The position numbers and the translations under genes are program-made. Positions 25,236-35,203 of a stretch of 64,000 nucleotides of DNA are shown here, piece by piece. The stretch is from an uncultured Actinomycetes bacterium (GTDB taxonomy: Bacteria > Actinomycetota > Thermoleophilia > UBA2241), in the NCBI GenBank assembly GCA_963767005.1, contig CAVYCN010000002.1, forward strand, positions 352,001 to 416,000, in the 5' to 3' direction. Each line of letters opens with the position of its first letter. The first letter of the stretch is position 1. The notes under the pieces were generated by a model that was given only the letters and a program-made list of their open reading frames with translations, did no database searches and was not told where the DNA came from.

Positions 25236-26507
25236 ATCCAGGACTTCGAGATCGCCACGCTCGACAACGGGCTGCGGGTCGTCACCGAGCCCATCGACGG
25301 CGTACGGTCGATCGCGCTCGGATTCTGGATCGGGGTCGGGTCCCGCCACGAGGACCCGACCAAGGCCGGCATATCGCACCTGATCGAGCACCTCATCTTC
25401 AAGGGTACGGCCGACTACTCGGCCTGGGACATCGCGCGCATCTTCGATCAGATGGGCGGCGAGCTGAACGCGGCGACGGCCAAGGAGTACACGCTGCTGC
25501 ACGCGCGCTTCCTCGACGCTCACTTGGACGAAGCCTTCGCCGTCATGGCCGACATGGTGGCCAGGCCGCTCATGGCCGACCTCGACGCCGAGCGCGAGGT
25601 CGTGCTCGAAGAGGTCGCGCTGTACGAGGACTCACCCTCCGACCTCATCCACGACTACCTCGCCGAGACGGTCTTCTGGGAGCATCCGCTGGGTCGCCAG
25701 ATCATCGGCACGGCCGAGACATTGCGGGCGGCCGACCGCGCGGCCGCCGACGCCTACCACCGGGCGCACTACGTGACGCCGTCGATCGTGATCGCGGCGG
25801 CCGGGAACCTGCGCCACGAGCGCATCGTCGAGCTCGCCAGGCGCCACTTCGGCGGCGCCGGGCGTGGCGCGTCGCCGACCTCGCCGCTGGCGCACCCCGT
25901 CGCTCGTCACGACGCCTACTTCATGCGCAAGGACACCGAGCAGTTCCACGTGTGCCTGGGCGCACCGACCATGGCCCGCGACGACCCGCGACGCTTCGCC
26001 CTGTCGGTGCTCGACACGGCCCTCGGCGGCTCGTCGAGCTCGCGCCTGTTCCAGGAGATCCGCGAGAAGCGCGGCCTCGTCTACTCGGTGTACTCGTACA
26101 CCTCGCTCTATGCCGACACCGGCCTCGTGGCGATCTCGTTCGGCTCGCGGCCCGAGGGCCTGGCCGAGGTCATGGAGCTCTGCACCACCGAGCTGCGCGG
26201 GCTCGCCGCGTCGCTCACCGACGAAGAGGTCGAGCGCACCAAGGAGCAGATCAAGGGGCAGATCGTGCTCAGCATGGAGAGCCCCTCGTCGCGCATGAAC
26301 CGCCTGGGCCGCAGCGTGCTCATGGACCTCGAGATCCGCACGCTCGACGGCATGCTGGCGCAGATCGACGCGGTCGACCGCGCGGCGGTGGTCGACCTCG
26401 CCCGGAGCTCCTACGACGTCGCCACCTGGTCGGCGGTCTGCATCGGCCCCGAGCCCGAGCCCTTCCAGGCGACGGTCGGCGACTACAGGTGGTGGGACCC
26501 CGAGTGA
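25236..26507 (+). CDS. M16 family zinc peptidase (apparent non-canonical ATC start)
   Basis: TLDNGLRVV, VGSRHE, HLIEH (HxxEH), LNAAT.KE and SSRLFQEIREKRGLVYS motifs; HxxEH lies upstream of the first in-frame ATG. Confidence 0.92.
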   Translation: MQDFEIATLDNGLRVVTEPIDGVRSIALGFWIGVGSRHEDPTKAGISHLIEHLIFKGTADYSAWDIARIFDQMGGELNAATAKEYTLLHARFLDAHLDEAFAVMADMVARPLMADLDAEREVVLEEVALYEDSPSDLIHDYLAETVFWEHPLGRQIIGTAETLRAADRAAADAYHRAHYVTPSIVIAAAGNLRHERIVELARRHFGGAGRGASPTSPLAHPVARHDAYFMRKDTEQFHVCLGAPTMARDDPRRFALSVLDTALGGSSSSRLFQEIREKRGLVYSVYSYTSLYADTGLVAISFGSRPEGLAEVMELCTTELRGLAASLTDEEVERTKEQIKGQIVLSMESPSSRMNRLGRSVLMDLEIRTLDGMLAQIDAVDRAAVVDLARSSYDVATWSAVCIGPEPEPFQATVGDYRWWDPE

Positions 26508-27277
26508 CCGGCGTCGTCGTCATGGGAGCGCTGGGGCGCATGGGCTCGCTGCTCTGCGCGTCGATCGACGCCGCCGCCGACCTCGCCCTCGTCGCGCGGG
26601 TCGACCCCCGCGCCGCCGCCGCGAGCGGCGCGGGGTCGGCGGCGCCGCTCTTCGCGACCCTGGCCGAGGCGCTGGCCGCGACACGACCCGACGTCGCTTT
26701 CGATTTCACCGTGCCGGGCGCCGTGTTCGACAGCGTCGCCGACGCGCTTCGCGCCGGTCTGCCCACGGTCGTCGGCACGACCGGCCTCTCCGACGACCAG
26801 GTCGAGGCGCTGGCGGCGATCGCCGCCGCGCACGACGCGGCCCTGCTGATCGTGCCGAACTTCGCCCTGGGCGCCGTCCTGCTCATGCGCTTCGCGACGC
26901 AGGCCGCGCGCTACTTCCCGGCCGCCGAGATCATCGAGCTTCACGAGCAGGACAAGCTCGACGCGCCCTCGGGCACGTCGCTGCGCACCGCCCGGCTCAT
27001 GTGCGAGGGCGGCGCGGCCCACCCCCACGGCGCCGACGAGACGCGTCCCTCGCGTGGCCTGTCGGCCGACGGCGTGCGGATCCACAGCGTGCGCCTGCCG
27101 GGCCTGGTCGCCCACCAGGAGGTCGTCTTCGGGGGCGTGGGGGAGACCCTGAGCCTGCGGCACGACTCGCTGTCGCGCGAGTCGTTCATGGCCGGCGCGC
27201 TGCTTGCCCTCAGGCGGGCGCCCGGTCTCACCGGCACGACGGTCGGCCTCGAGCACCTGCTCGACGACGGGGCCTGA
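26504..27277 (+). CDS. dapB: 4-hydroxy-tetrahydrodipicolinate reductase
   Basis: GALGRMG, DFT, VGTTG, PNFALG, ELHEQDKLDAPSGT and HSVRLPG.VAHQEV motifs. Confidence 0.95.
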   Translation: MTGVVVMGALGRMGSLLCASIDAAADLALVARVDPRAAAASGAGSAAPLFATLAEALAATRPDVAFDFTVPGAVFDSVADALRAGLPTVVGTTGLSDDQVEALAAIAAAHDAALLIVPNFALGAVLLMRFATQAARYFPAAEIIELHEQDKLDAPSGTSLRTARLMCEGGAAHPHGADETRPSRGLSADGVRIHSVRLPGLVAHQEVVFGGVGETLSLRHDSLSRESFMAGALLALRRAPGLTGTTVGLEHLLDDGA

Positions 27278-27309
27278 GCGACGTGAGCGACGACAGGGGG
27301 AACGCCGAG

Positions 27310-28185
27310 ATGCAGTTGTTCGGAGACATCCTCACCGCCGTCGTCACGCCGTTCACCGCCGACCTGCAGGTCGACGCCGTCGCTTTCGCGCGCCTCGCCG
27401 ACCATCTGCTGGCCGGCGGCTCCGACGGTCTCGTCGTGGCGGCGACGACGGGCGAGGGGCCCACGCTCTCCGACGACGAGAAGGTCGCCCTGTTCCGTCA
27501 CGCCGTCGAGGTCGCGACCGGCCGCGGCACGGTGATTGCCGCGACCGGCTCCAACGACACCGAGCACAGCGTGGCGCTCACGCGCCGCGCCGAGGACGCC
27601 GGCGTCGACGGCGTGCTGGTCGTGACGCCCTACTACAACCGTCCGCCCGAGCGTGGCCTGCGGCTTCATTTCGCGGCCGTCGCGGGCGCGACCACGCTGC
27701 CGGTGATCGTCTACAACATCCCGTCGCGCTGCGCCCTGAACCTCTCGCCCGAGCTCCTCGCCGACCTCGCGGCGATCGACAACGTCGTCGCCGTCAAACA
27801 GGCCAACCCCGACCTCGCCGAATCGCGCCGCTTGCGCGAGCTGTGCGACCTCGGCCTGTACGCCGGCAACGACGACATGACGCTCGACATCGTCGAGATG
27901 GGGGGTTGGGGCTGCATCTCGGTGGCAAGCCACCTGGTCGGGCGGCGCCTCAAGGAGCTGGTGCTGGCCGCTCGGTCCGGCGACCGGGCACGGGCAGCCG
28001 CGATCGACCGCGACCTGGCGCCGCTCTACGCGGCGCTGTTCACCACGACCAACCCCATTCCCATCAAGGCCGCGCTCAACCTGACCGGCCACGAGGTCGG
28101 AGGTCTCCGCCCGCCGCTCGTCGAAGCGAGCGACGACGAGACCTGCGCCATCGAGGCTGAGCTCGAGCGTCTGGGCCTGCTCTGA
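27310..28185 (+). CDS. dapA: 4-hydroxy-tetrahydrodipicolinate synthase
   Basis: TAVVTPF, TTGEGPTL, VTPYYNRP, YNIPSR, VAVKQA and NPIPIK motifs. Confidence 0.95.
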   Translation: MQLFGDILTAVVTPFTADLQVDAVAFARLADHLLAGGSDGLVVAATTGEGPTLSDDEKVALFRHAVEVATGRGTVIAATGSNDTEHSVALTRRAEDAGVDGVLVVTPYYNRPPERGLRLHFAAVAGATTLPVIVYNIPSRCALNLSPELLADLAAIDNVVAVKQANPDLAESRRLRELCDLGLYAGNDDMTLDIVEMGGWGCISVASHLVGRRLKELVLAARSGDRARAAAIDRDLAPLYAALFTTTNPIPIKAALNLTGHEVGGLRPPLVEASDDETCAIEAELERLGLL

Positions 28186-28257
28186 AGGATCGCGAGGCGC
28201 GCGCCGGCGATCGCTGCTCGCGCGGCCCGCGACGACAAAAGGATCGATTGAACCAAC

Positions 28258-29922
28258 ATGAACGATGACACCCTGAAGATCATCCCGCTCGGCGGGATGG
28301 GCGAGATCGGCAAGAACATGACCGCCGTCGAGTACCGCGGTAAGATCGTCGTGGTCGACTGCGGGCTTGCCTTCCCGCGCGACGAGATGCTGGGCATCGA
28401 CCTCGTCCTGCCCGACATCACCTACCTGCGCGAGCGGCGCGACGACGTGCTGGCCTTCCTCATCACCCACGGCCACGAGGACCACTTCGGCGCCCTCGCC
28501 TACGTCCTGCGCGACATCAACGTGCCGGTCTACGGCAGCCGGCTCACGCTGGCCTTTGCCAAGTCCAAGCTCGACGAGCACGGGCTGCTCAAGGACGTCG
28601 AGCTCCACGAGGTGACCGAGGACTCCGTGCTCGACCTCGCTCCCTTCACCGTGCGTTTCTGCGCGGTGAGCCACAGCGTGCCCGACGCCCTGGCGATCAT
28701 CGTCGAGACGCCCGCCGGTCGCGTGGTGTGGTCGGGCGACTACAAGTTCGACCACACGCCGATCGACGGGCGCACGACCGACGTCGACAAGCTCGCGCGG
28801 CTCGGCCGCGAGGGCGTGCTGGCCCTGCTGGCCGACTCGACCAACGTCGAGAGCGAGGGCAGCACCGGCTCCGAGAGTCAGGTCGGTCAGGCGTTCCACC
28901 GCATCTTCGCCGAGGCCGACGGCCGGGTGCTCGTGGCCTGTTTCTCGTCGCACATCCACCGCATCCAGCAGGCGGTCGAGATCGCCTACCTGCACGGCCG
29001 CAAGTTCGCCGTGTCGGGTCGGTCGATGGTGAAGAACGTCAACATCGCGCGCAACCTGGGCTACCTGAAGGTGCCCGACGACGCCCAGATCAAGCTCACC
29101 GAGATCGACCAGTACCGGCCCGACGAGGTCCTCATCTTGACGACCGGGAGTCAGGGCGAGCCCCTGTCGGCGCTGTCGCGCATGGCCTGGGACGATCACC
29201 CCCAGGTCGAGCTGCAGCCCGGCGACACGATCGTGATCTCGGCCCGCCCGGTGCCCGGCAACGAGGTCAGCGTGATGGACACGGTCAACCGCCTGCTGCG
29301 CTCGGGTGCCCGCGTGATCTACGGCGCCGCGAGCGGCGTGCACGTGTCGGGCCACGCCTCGCGCGAGGACCAGCGCATGCTGCTCAACCTGCTCACGCCG
29401 CGCTACTTCGTGCCAGCGCACGGCGAGTACCGTCACCAGTACCTGCACGCCGAGCTCGCGCGTGAGGTCGGCATCCCCGACGACCACGTCTTCATCCTCG
29501 ACAACGGCGACGTGCTCGAGTTCGGCGACGGCACGGCCGCCGTCACCGCCAAGGTGCCGGCCGGCATGATGTTCGTCGACGGGCTGCAGATCGGCGGTGC
29601 CGAGCACGTCGTGCTGCGCGAGCGCCAGCAGCTCTCGGGCGACGGCATCCTGATCGCCGTGGTCACGGTGAGCGTGCAGACCGGTGAGTCGGTCGCGCCG
29701 CCCGAGCTCGTCGCACGCGGCTTCCTCTACGACGAGACCACCGAGCACGACCTGCTGGCCGCGGCCTCCGACACGCTGGTCGAGCGCCTGCACGAGCTCA
29801 CGGGTGAGCACACGACCGGTCAGCGCCTGCTGCGCGAGGACATCCACGACACGCTCGCTCAGTTCATCTACCGGCGCACCAAGCGCGAGCCGCTGATCCT
29901 GCCGGTCGTCGTCGAGATCTGA
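28258..29922 (+). CDS. rnj: Ribonuclease J
   Basis: LGGMGEIGKNM, THGHEDH, TGSQGEP.SAL, HVSGHA and PAHGE motifs. Confidence 0.97.
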   Translation: MNDDTLKIIPLGGMGEIGKNMTAVEYRGKIVVVDCGLAFPRDEMLGIDLVLPDITYLRERRDDVLAFLITHGHEDHFGALAYVLRDINVPVYGSRLTLAFAKSKLDEHGLLKDVELHEVTEDSVLDLAPFTVRFCAVSHSVPDALAIIVETPAGRVVWSGDYKFDHTPIDGRTTDVDKLARLGREGVLALLADSTNVESEGSTGSESQVGQAFHRIFAEADGRVLVACFSSHIHRIQQAVEIAYLHGRKFAVSGRSMVKNVNIARNLGYLKVPDDAQIKLTEIDQYRPDEVLILTTGSQGEPLSALSRMAWDDHPQVELQPGDTIVISARPVPGNEVSVMDTVNRLLRSGARVIYGAASGVHVSGHASREDQRMLLNLLTPRYFVPAHGEYRHQYLHAELAREVGIPDDHVFILDNGDVLEFGDGTAAVTAKVPAGMMFVDGLQIGGAEHVVLRERQQLSGDGILIAVVTVSVQTGESVAPPELVARGFLYDETTEHDLLAAASDTLVERLHELTGEHTTGQRLLREDIHDTLAQFIYRRTKREPLILPVVVEI

Positions 29923-29931
29923 TCGGGCCTC

Positions 29932-29983
29932 CGGCGCCCGGGCCGGCGCGGCGGCACAGGCCGCCGCGCCGGCCCGGGCGCCG
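29932..29983. terminator. Perfect 24-bp all-GC hairpin after rnj
   Basis: CGGCGCCCGGGCCGGCGCGGCGGC-ACAG-exact reverse complement; no U-tract. Confidence 0.7.
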
Positions 29984-30041
29984 ACGACGAAGTCTGTCGC
30001 CGGCCCTAGGGTTCGCGCCGTCCCCGTCGAATAGGCGACCC

Positions 30042-32504
30042 ATGCCCACATCGCGCACCACGTCATCGACCGCCGGGCGTCGCCGCCCGGCTACGGGGTC
30101 GTCGCGGCGCGGCCGCCCGGTTACGCCGCGTCGCGTCCGGCGTGCGGCGCCCTCGTCGGTCCGCCGTCGAGCTCGCCGGGGCGAGCTCGCCGCGCTGATC
30201 TGCGGCGCACTGGCCGTCTTTCTCGTCTGCGTCCTCTACCTGGGCTGGCACGGCGGCACGCTGGGGCACTGGCTGGTCCACGGACTGCGCCTGCTGGTGG
30301 GATTCCTCGCCTATCTCACGCCGTTCCTGCTCGGCTACGTGGCCGTGCTGCTCGCCGTGCGGCGTGACCGCCGCCCGTCGGGCGAGGTCACGGTCGGCGT
30401 CATCGTCCTCTGTCTCGCCTTCGGCCTCGCCGCCGCGGCCGACACCTTCGGCCTGTTCGGCGGCGCGCGGCCGGGCCGCACGTTCGTCACGTCGTACATG
30501 CAGGGCCACGGCGGCCTGCTCGGAGAGGGGATGTGGGCCCTGCTCCACGTCGTCATCGGTGGCGTGGGCATCGCCGTGCTCGTCGTCGTGGCCACCGTCG
30601 CCGGCCTGCTGCTCGTGACGGGCTCGTCGCTAGGGCTCTGGGCGAGCCGCTCACGGCGCGGCGTCGTGGCCGCCGGCGATGTCGCGCGACGCTCGGCGCG
30701 CACCCTGGGCGCGCGCCGCGAAGCCGCGGCCGAGCTCCGCCGCCGCGACGCGACCGTCGCGACGGGCCCGCGTCCGTTCGAGCACGCGGAGCCTGAGCGC
30801 GTGACGCTGATCGACGGCGCCCGCGACCTGCCCGACGACTACGGTCCGGCCACCGTGGCCGACACGCCGGCCGTCGTCTTCACGCGGCCGCGACCCGAGC
30901 CACGTCCCGTCGAGCGGGTCGAGGCCGACGACCCCGGCGAGCAGCTGTCGCTCGCGGGTGAGGCAGAGGAGGCCGGCGACGAGGCCGGCGCGGTCGCCTT
31001 CGAGGCGCCGGCCGAGCGCCCGTGGCTGTTGCCCGATCCGAGCCTGCTGCAGCGCACCAAGGCGGGCGAGGGCGAGGCCAAGGCCGTGATCGCCTCGGTC
31101 GCCACCCAGCTCACGGAGACCCTCGGCCACTTCGGCGTCGAGGCACGCGTCATCAACACGATCTCCGGGCCGCGCGTCACGCAGTACGAGCTGCAGCTCG
31201 CGCCCGGCACCAAGGTGAGCCGCGTCGCCTCGCTGCGCGACGACATCGCCTACGCCTTGGCCGCCACCGAGATTCGCGTGCAGGCGCCGATCCCGGGCAA
31301 GTCGGCGGTCGGTGTCGAGGTGCCCAACCGCGAGCCCAACTGGGTCAGCCTCGGCGACATCTACGGCGACCTGCCGGTGAACGCCTCGCCGCTTGCCATG
31401 TGGATCGGCAAGGACATCACCGGCAAGCCGGTGCTGGCCGACCTGACGCGCCTCATCCACGTGCTGATCGCCGGTACGACCGGCTCCGGCAAGAGCGCCT
31501 GCCTGAACGCGATCGTGAGCTCGATCCTGCTGCGCGCCACGCCCGACCAGGTGCGCTTCATCATGATCGACCCCAAGAAGGTCGAGCTCTCGCACTTCGA
31601 CGGCGTACCGCACCTGCTGGCGCCGGTGGTCACCAACGTGCGCAACGCCGGCGGCGTGCTCACCACGATCATCCACGAGATGGAGCGGCGTTACGAGCTC
31701 ATGATGCGCACCGGCAACGCCCGCGACCTGCGCGAGCTGAACAAGCGCCTCGTCGCCGGCGGCGAGAAGCCGCTACCCTACATCGTCATCGTCATGGACG
31801 AGCTCGCCGACCTCATGATGGTGGCTCCGGCCGAGGTCGAGCACGCCGTGATCCGGCTCGGTCAGCTCGCCCGGGCGGTGGGCATGCACCTCGTCGTGGC
31901 CACCCAGCGCCCGTCCGTCGATGTCGTCACCGGGCTCATCAAGACCAACATCCCGTCGCGGATCGCCTTCAAGGTGTCGTCGCAGACGGACTCGCGCGTG
32001 ATCCTCGACTCGGGCGGCGCCGAGAGCCTGCTGGGCGACGGCGACATGCTCTTTCACCCCTATTCGAGCGCCAAGATGCTGCGTGTCCAGGGCGCCTTCA
32101 TCTCGTCCGAGGAGATGGCGTTCATCACCGGCCACTGGCGCTCTCAGGCCGCGCCCGAGTATCGCCAGGACCTCGTGGAGAGCGCCACCGGCGATTCCGG
32201 CGAGGGCGCGCCCGGCGGCGACGGCGGCGACGGCCTGCTGCCCGAGGCGATCACGACGGTGGTCCGCACCGGCGCCGCGTCGGTCGCGCTCCTGCAGCGT
32301 CGCCTGCGGGTGGGCTACGCGCGGGCCGGGCGTCTCATCGACATGATGGAGGAGCGCGGCATCATCTCGGGCTTCGACGGCAGCAAGGCACGCAAGGTGC
32401 TGATCGACGAGGACGACCTGCCGCGCGTGCTGGGCGGCGCGACGTCGGCCGAGAGCGCCGACGCGGAGCCGTCCGCCGACGACGGCGAGGAGCCGCTCGA
32501 CTGA
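30042..32504 (+). CDS. ftsK: DNA translocase FtsK/SpoIIIE
   Basis: N-terminal TM domain, HVLIAGTTGSGKS, DELADLMM, ATQRPSVDV and gamma domain LQRRLRVGYARAGR. Confidence 0.97.
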   Translation: MPTSRTTSSTAGRRRPATGSSRRGRPVTPRRVRRAAPSSVRRRARRGELAALICGALAVFLVCVLYLGWHGGTLGHWLVHGLRLLVGFLAYLTPFLLGYVAVLLAVRRDRRPSGEVTVGVIVLCLAFGLAAAADTFGLFGGARPGRTFVTSYMQGHGGLLGEGMWALLHVVIGGVGIAVLVVVATVAGLLLVTGSSLGLWASRSRRGVVAAGDVARRSARTLGARREAAAELRRRDATVATGPRPFEHAEPERVTLIDGARDLPDDYGPATVADTPAVVFTRPRPEPRPVERVEADDPGEQLSLAGEAEEAGDEAGAVAFEAPAERPWLLPDPSLLQRTKAGEGEAKAVIASVATQLTETLGHFGVEARVINTISGPRVTQYELQLAPGTKVSRVASLRDDIAYALAATEIRVQAPIPGKSAVGVEVPNREPNWVSLGDIYGDLPVNASPLAMWIGKDITGKPVLADLTRLIHVLIAGTTGSGKSACLNAIVSSILLRATPDQVRFIMIDPKKVELSHFDGVPHLLAPVVTNVRNAGGVLTTIIHEMERRYELMMRTGNARDLRELNKRLVAGGEKPLPYIVIVMDELADLMMVAPAEVEHAVIRLGQLARAVGMHLVVATQRPSVDVVTGLIKTNIPSRIAFKVSSQTDSRVILDSGGAESLLGDGDMLFHPYSSAKMLRVQGAFISSEEMAFITGHWRSQAAPEYRQDLVESATGDSGEGAPGGDGGDGLLPEAITTVVRTGAASVALLQRRLRVGYARAGRLIDMMEERGIISGFDGSKARKVLIDEDDLPRVLGGATSAESADAEPSADDGEEPLD

Positions 32505-32567
32505 GAACAGTGGTCGAGGCGAGGCCGTCCCGGCGTCCGTTCGCGGAACGCCCGTCCTTGGCCGGAA

Positions 32568-32596
32568 TTGTGTTCTCGTCGGGGCGAACGTAGACT
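32568..32596 (+). promoter_or_regulatory. Putative promoter for rodZ operon (TTGTGT-N17-TAGACT)
   Basis: Hexamers with 17-bp spacing in the ftsK-rodZ gap. Confidence 0.45.
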
Positions 32597-32673
32597 CGCG
32601 GTGAGGCGCGGCCGTCGACGGCGGCATGGCCAGCGCGCCTCGCCGTCGGACAGCGACCGGGAAGAGAAGCTCC

Positions 32674-33396
32674 GTGTTCGAGATCGGAAGCACGCTGCGC
32701 GAGACCAGGGTGCGTCGCAAGACCACCCTCCAGCAAGCCGAAGACGACACGAAGATCCGCGCCAAGTACATCCAGGCGATGGAGAACGACGACTTCGATC
32801 TCATGCCGTCGCCGGCGTACGTCAAAGGCTTCCTGCGGACCTACTGCGAGTACCTGGGGCTCGACGCGAACGTCATCCTCGACGAGTACAGGTCGCGGTT
32901 CGAGCCCGACGAGGAGCACGAGCCCTTCGGCGGTAACTCGGCCCTCGGGCGCCCACACGCCCACCGGCGGCGCAACACCCTCACCTTCATCGCCGTGGTC
33001 TGCCTGCTCATCCTGGGGCTGCTCTACATGCTGGGGCTGGGTCGGTCGGGGAACAAGTCGACACCCCCGCCGGTCACCGTCCTCAGCCCGACACCGCAGA
33101 CCACGCCGAGCGTGCATACCACGACGGCGACCGCCACCTTCAGCGTGCGCATCGTGGCCGACCAGGGGGCATGCTGGGTGCAGGTCACGCGCGGCGGCGC
33201 GAGCGGGCCGGTCCTCTACCAGGCGACGCTGGCGCTCGGCCAGGCCCACACGCTGCACACGCGCCGCCCGATCTACGTGCGTCTCGGGGTGCCGTCCGAG
33301 GTATCGATCAGGGTCGCCGGCAGAGCCCCATTCCGGCCGGCCGAGACCGTCTCTACCACCTACGAGGTGACGAGGAAGGGCGTGGTGAAACTGTAG
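32674..33396 (+). CDS. rodZ: RodZ-like protein (HTH_25, TM, DUF4115)
   Basis: EIGSTLRE.R..TKIR.KYI.AME..F..P..YVKGFLRTY..YLGLD pattern, single TM, C-terminal beta domain; ftsK-rodZ-rimO-pgsA synteny. Confidence 0.85.
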   Translation: MFEIGSTLRETRVRRKTTLQQAEDDTKIRAKYIQAMENDDFDLMPSPAYVKGFLRTYCEYLGLDANVILDEYRSRFEPDEEHEPFGGNSALGRPHAHRRRNTLTFIAVVCLLILGLLYMLGLGRSGNKSTPPPVTVLSPTPQTTPSVHTTTATATFSVRIVADQGACWVQVTRGGASGPVLYQATLALGQAHTLHTRRPIYVRLGVPSEVSIRVAGRAPFRPAETVSTTYEVTRKGVVKL

Positions 33397-33888
33397 ATGG
33401 CCCAGGACTTCTCGTTCGACGTGGTCTCCGAGGTCGATCGCGACGAGGTGCGCAACGCCGTGAACCTCGCGCAGAAGGAGATCACTACCCGCTACGACTT
33501 CAAGAAGTCGGTGAGCAAGGTCACGCTCGATGGCGACGACCTCGTGCTCGTCTCCGACAACGAGGGCAAGCTGCACTCGGTGACCGATTTGCTCGAGGAG
33601 AAGCTCGTGCGCCGCAAGGTGCCGCTCAAGGCGCTGCAGTACGGCAAGGTCGAGCCCGCCCTGGGCGGCACGGTGCGGCAGCGCGTGCTCGTCACCCACG
33701 GCATCCCCGACGAGAAGGCGCGCGAGGTCACCAAGCTGCTGCGTCAGCGCTTCAAGAAGGTGCGGCTCCAGGTGCAGGGCGACGCCGTGCGCGTCTTCTC
33801 ACCCAAGAAGGACGAGCTTCAGGCCGCCATGCAGGCGCTGCGCGAGCACGACTTCGGCATCCCGCTGCAGTTCACGAACTACCGGTAA
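33397..33888 (+). CDS. yajQ: YajQ family nucleotide/c-di-GMP-binding protein
   Basis: SFDVVSEVD..EV.NAV..A.KE...RYDFK, QGD.VRV, D.LQ and PLQFTNYR motifs. Confidence 0.93.
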   Translation: MAQDFSFDVVSEVDRDEVRNAVNLAQKEITTRYDFKKSVSKVTLDGDDLVLVSDNEGKLHSVTDLLEEKLVRRKVPLKALQYGKVEPALGGTVRQRVLVTHGIPDEKAREVTKLLRQRFKKVRLQVQGDAVRVFSPKKDELQAAMQALREHDFGIPLQFTNYR

Positions 33889-33916
33889 CGTCGTCGCCTC
33901 CTCGCGCGAGCCCGAC

Positions 33917-35203
33917 GTGACGTCGCCCGCCCGGGCCACCTTCGCCGTCGTCACGATGGGGTGTCCGAAGAACGAGGCCGACTCCGACCGTCTCGAAGCG
34001 GCGCTCGTGGGGGCGGGCCACCGGCCCGCCCCCACGAGCGCCGCCGACCTCGTCCTCGTGAACACCTGCGGCTTCATCGACGCCGCCAAAGAGGAGTCGA
34101 TCGCCGTCCTGCTCGACGCCTGCGACGAGGCTCACGCGCGCGGCGCCCGGGTCGCGGCCTACGGCTGCCTCGTGGCGCGCCACGAGGCCGAGCTGGCGGC
34201 CGCGCTCCCCGAGCTCGACCTGCTCTCGGCGTTCGACCTGGCGCCGGTCCTCGAGCTGCTCGCGCGGCTCGAGTGGCGGGGCGGCGCCACGAGCCCGGGA
34301 TCGCGCCGGCGCCGGCGGCCGCTCCACGCGTACCTGAAGGTCTCGGACGGCTGCGACCGGCGCTGTGCCTTCTGCGCCATCCCGCTCATCAAGGGTGCCT
34401 ATGAGACCGTCGCGCCCGACGCCGTCCTCGCGGCGGCGCGCGCGGCCCTCGACCGCGGCGCGCGCGAGCTCGTCCTCGTGGGGCAGGACACGACGCGCTG
34501 GCGGGTGCCGGGCTACGGCGGCCTCGAGCGTCTGCTGGCCGACCTGCGCGCGCTCGAACCGCTCTGGCTGCGACTCATGTACCTGCAGCCCGAAGGCCTC
34601 AGCGACGGCGTGCTCGAGGCGCTTGCGGGCTTCTGCGTGCCCTACGTCGACCTGCCGCTGCAGCACGCCTCGGGACGCGTCCTCGCGGCGATGGGGAGGG
34701 GCGGAGACGCCGCAACGCATCTCGCCTTGCTCGAGCGGGTGCGGGCGAGCCTGCCCGGCGCCGCGGTCCGCTCCGCGTTCATCGCCGGCTACCCGGGTGA
34801 GACCGACGACGACGTCGAGGAGCTGCTCGGCTTCGTGGCGGCGGCCGAGCTCGCCGTGGCCGGCGTGTTCGTCTTCGACCCGCAGGAAGGCACGCGCGCG
34901 GCCGCCCTGCCCGGTCAGGTGCCGCCGGCACTGCGCGCGGAGCGGGCCGCACGTCTGGGCGACGCCGTGGCCGCCGCTGCACGCCGCTACTGGGCATCGT
35001 TCGTGGGCCGCACGGTCGAGGTGCTCGTCGAACGGGGCTCGCGTGGCGTGGCGGCGGAGGTGGCTGGTAGAATCGCAGAACAGGCTCCCGACGTGGACGG
35101 CCAGACGTGGGTGGCAGGGGCGAGAGCGCGCCGCGGCCAGGTCATCCGCGCGTTGGTCGACGACGCCGACGGGTACCATCTCTCTGGACAGGCCGTGACA
35201 TGA
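33917..35203 (+). CDS. rimO: Ribosomal protein S12 methylthiotransferase
   Basis: MGCPKN..DS, VNTCGFI..AKEES, YLKVSDGCDRRCAFCAIP and APDVDG motifs. Confidence 0.93.
   Translation: MTSPARATFAVVTMGCPKNEADSDRLEAALVGAGHRPAPTSAADLVLVNTCGFIDAAKEESIAVLLDACDEAHARGARVAAYGCLVARHEAELAAALPELDLLSAFDLAPVLELLARLEWRGGATSPGSRRRRRPLHAYLKVSDGCDRRCAFCAIPLIKGAYETVAPDAVLAAARAALDRGARELVLVGQDTTRWRVPGYGGLERLLADLRALEPLWLRLMYLQPEGLSDGVLEALAGFCVPYVDLPLQHASGRVLAAMGRGGDAATHLALLERVRASLPGAAVRSAFIAGYPGETDDDVEELLGFVAAAELAVAGVFVFDPQEGTRAAALPGQVPPALRAERAARLGDAVAAAARRYWASFVGRTVEVLVERGSRGVAAEVAGRIAEQAPDVDGQTWVAGARARRGQVIRALVDDADGYHLSGQAVT

Noticed and set aside
32503-32590. GAAC/GTTC half-sites upstream of rodZ resembling an SOS box
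   Set aside because: Spacing and orientation do not fit GAAC-N4-GTTC
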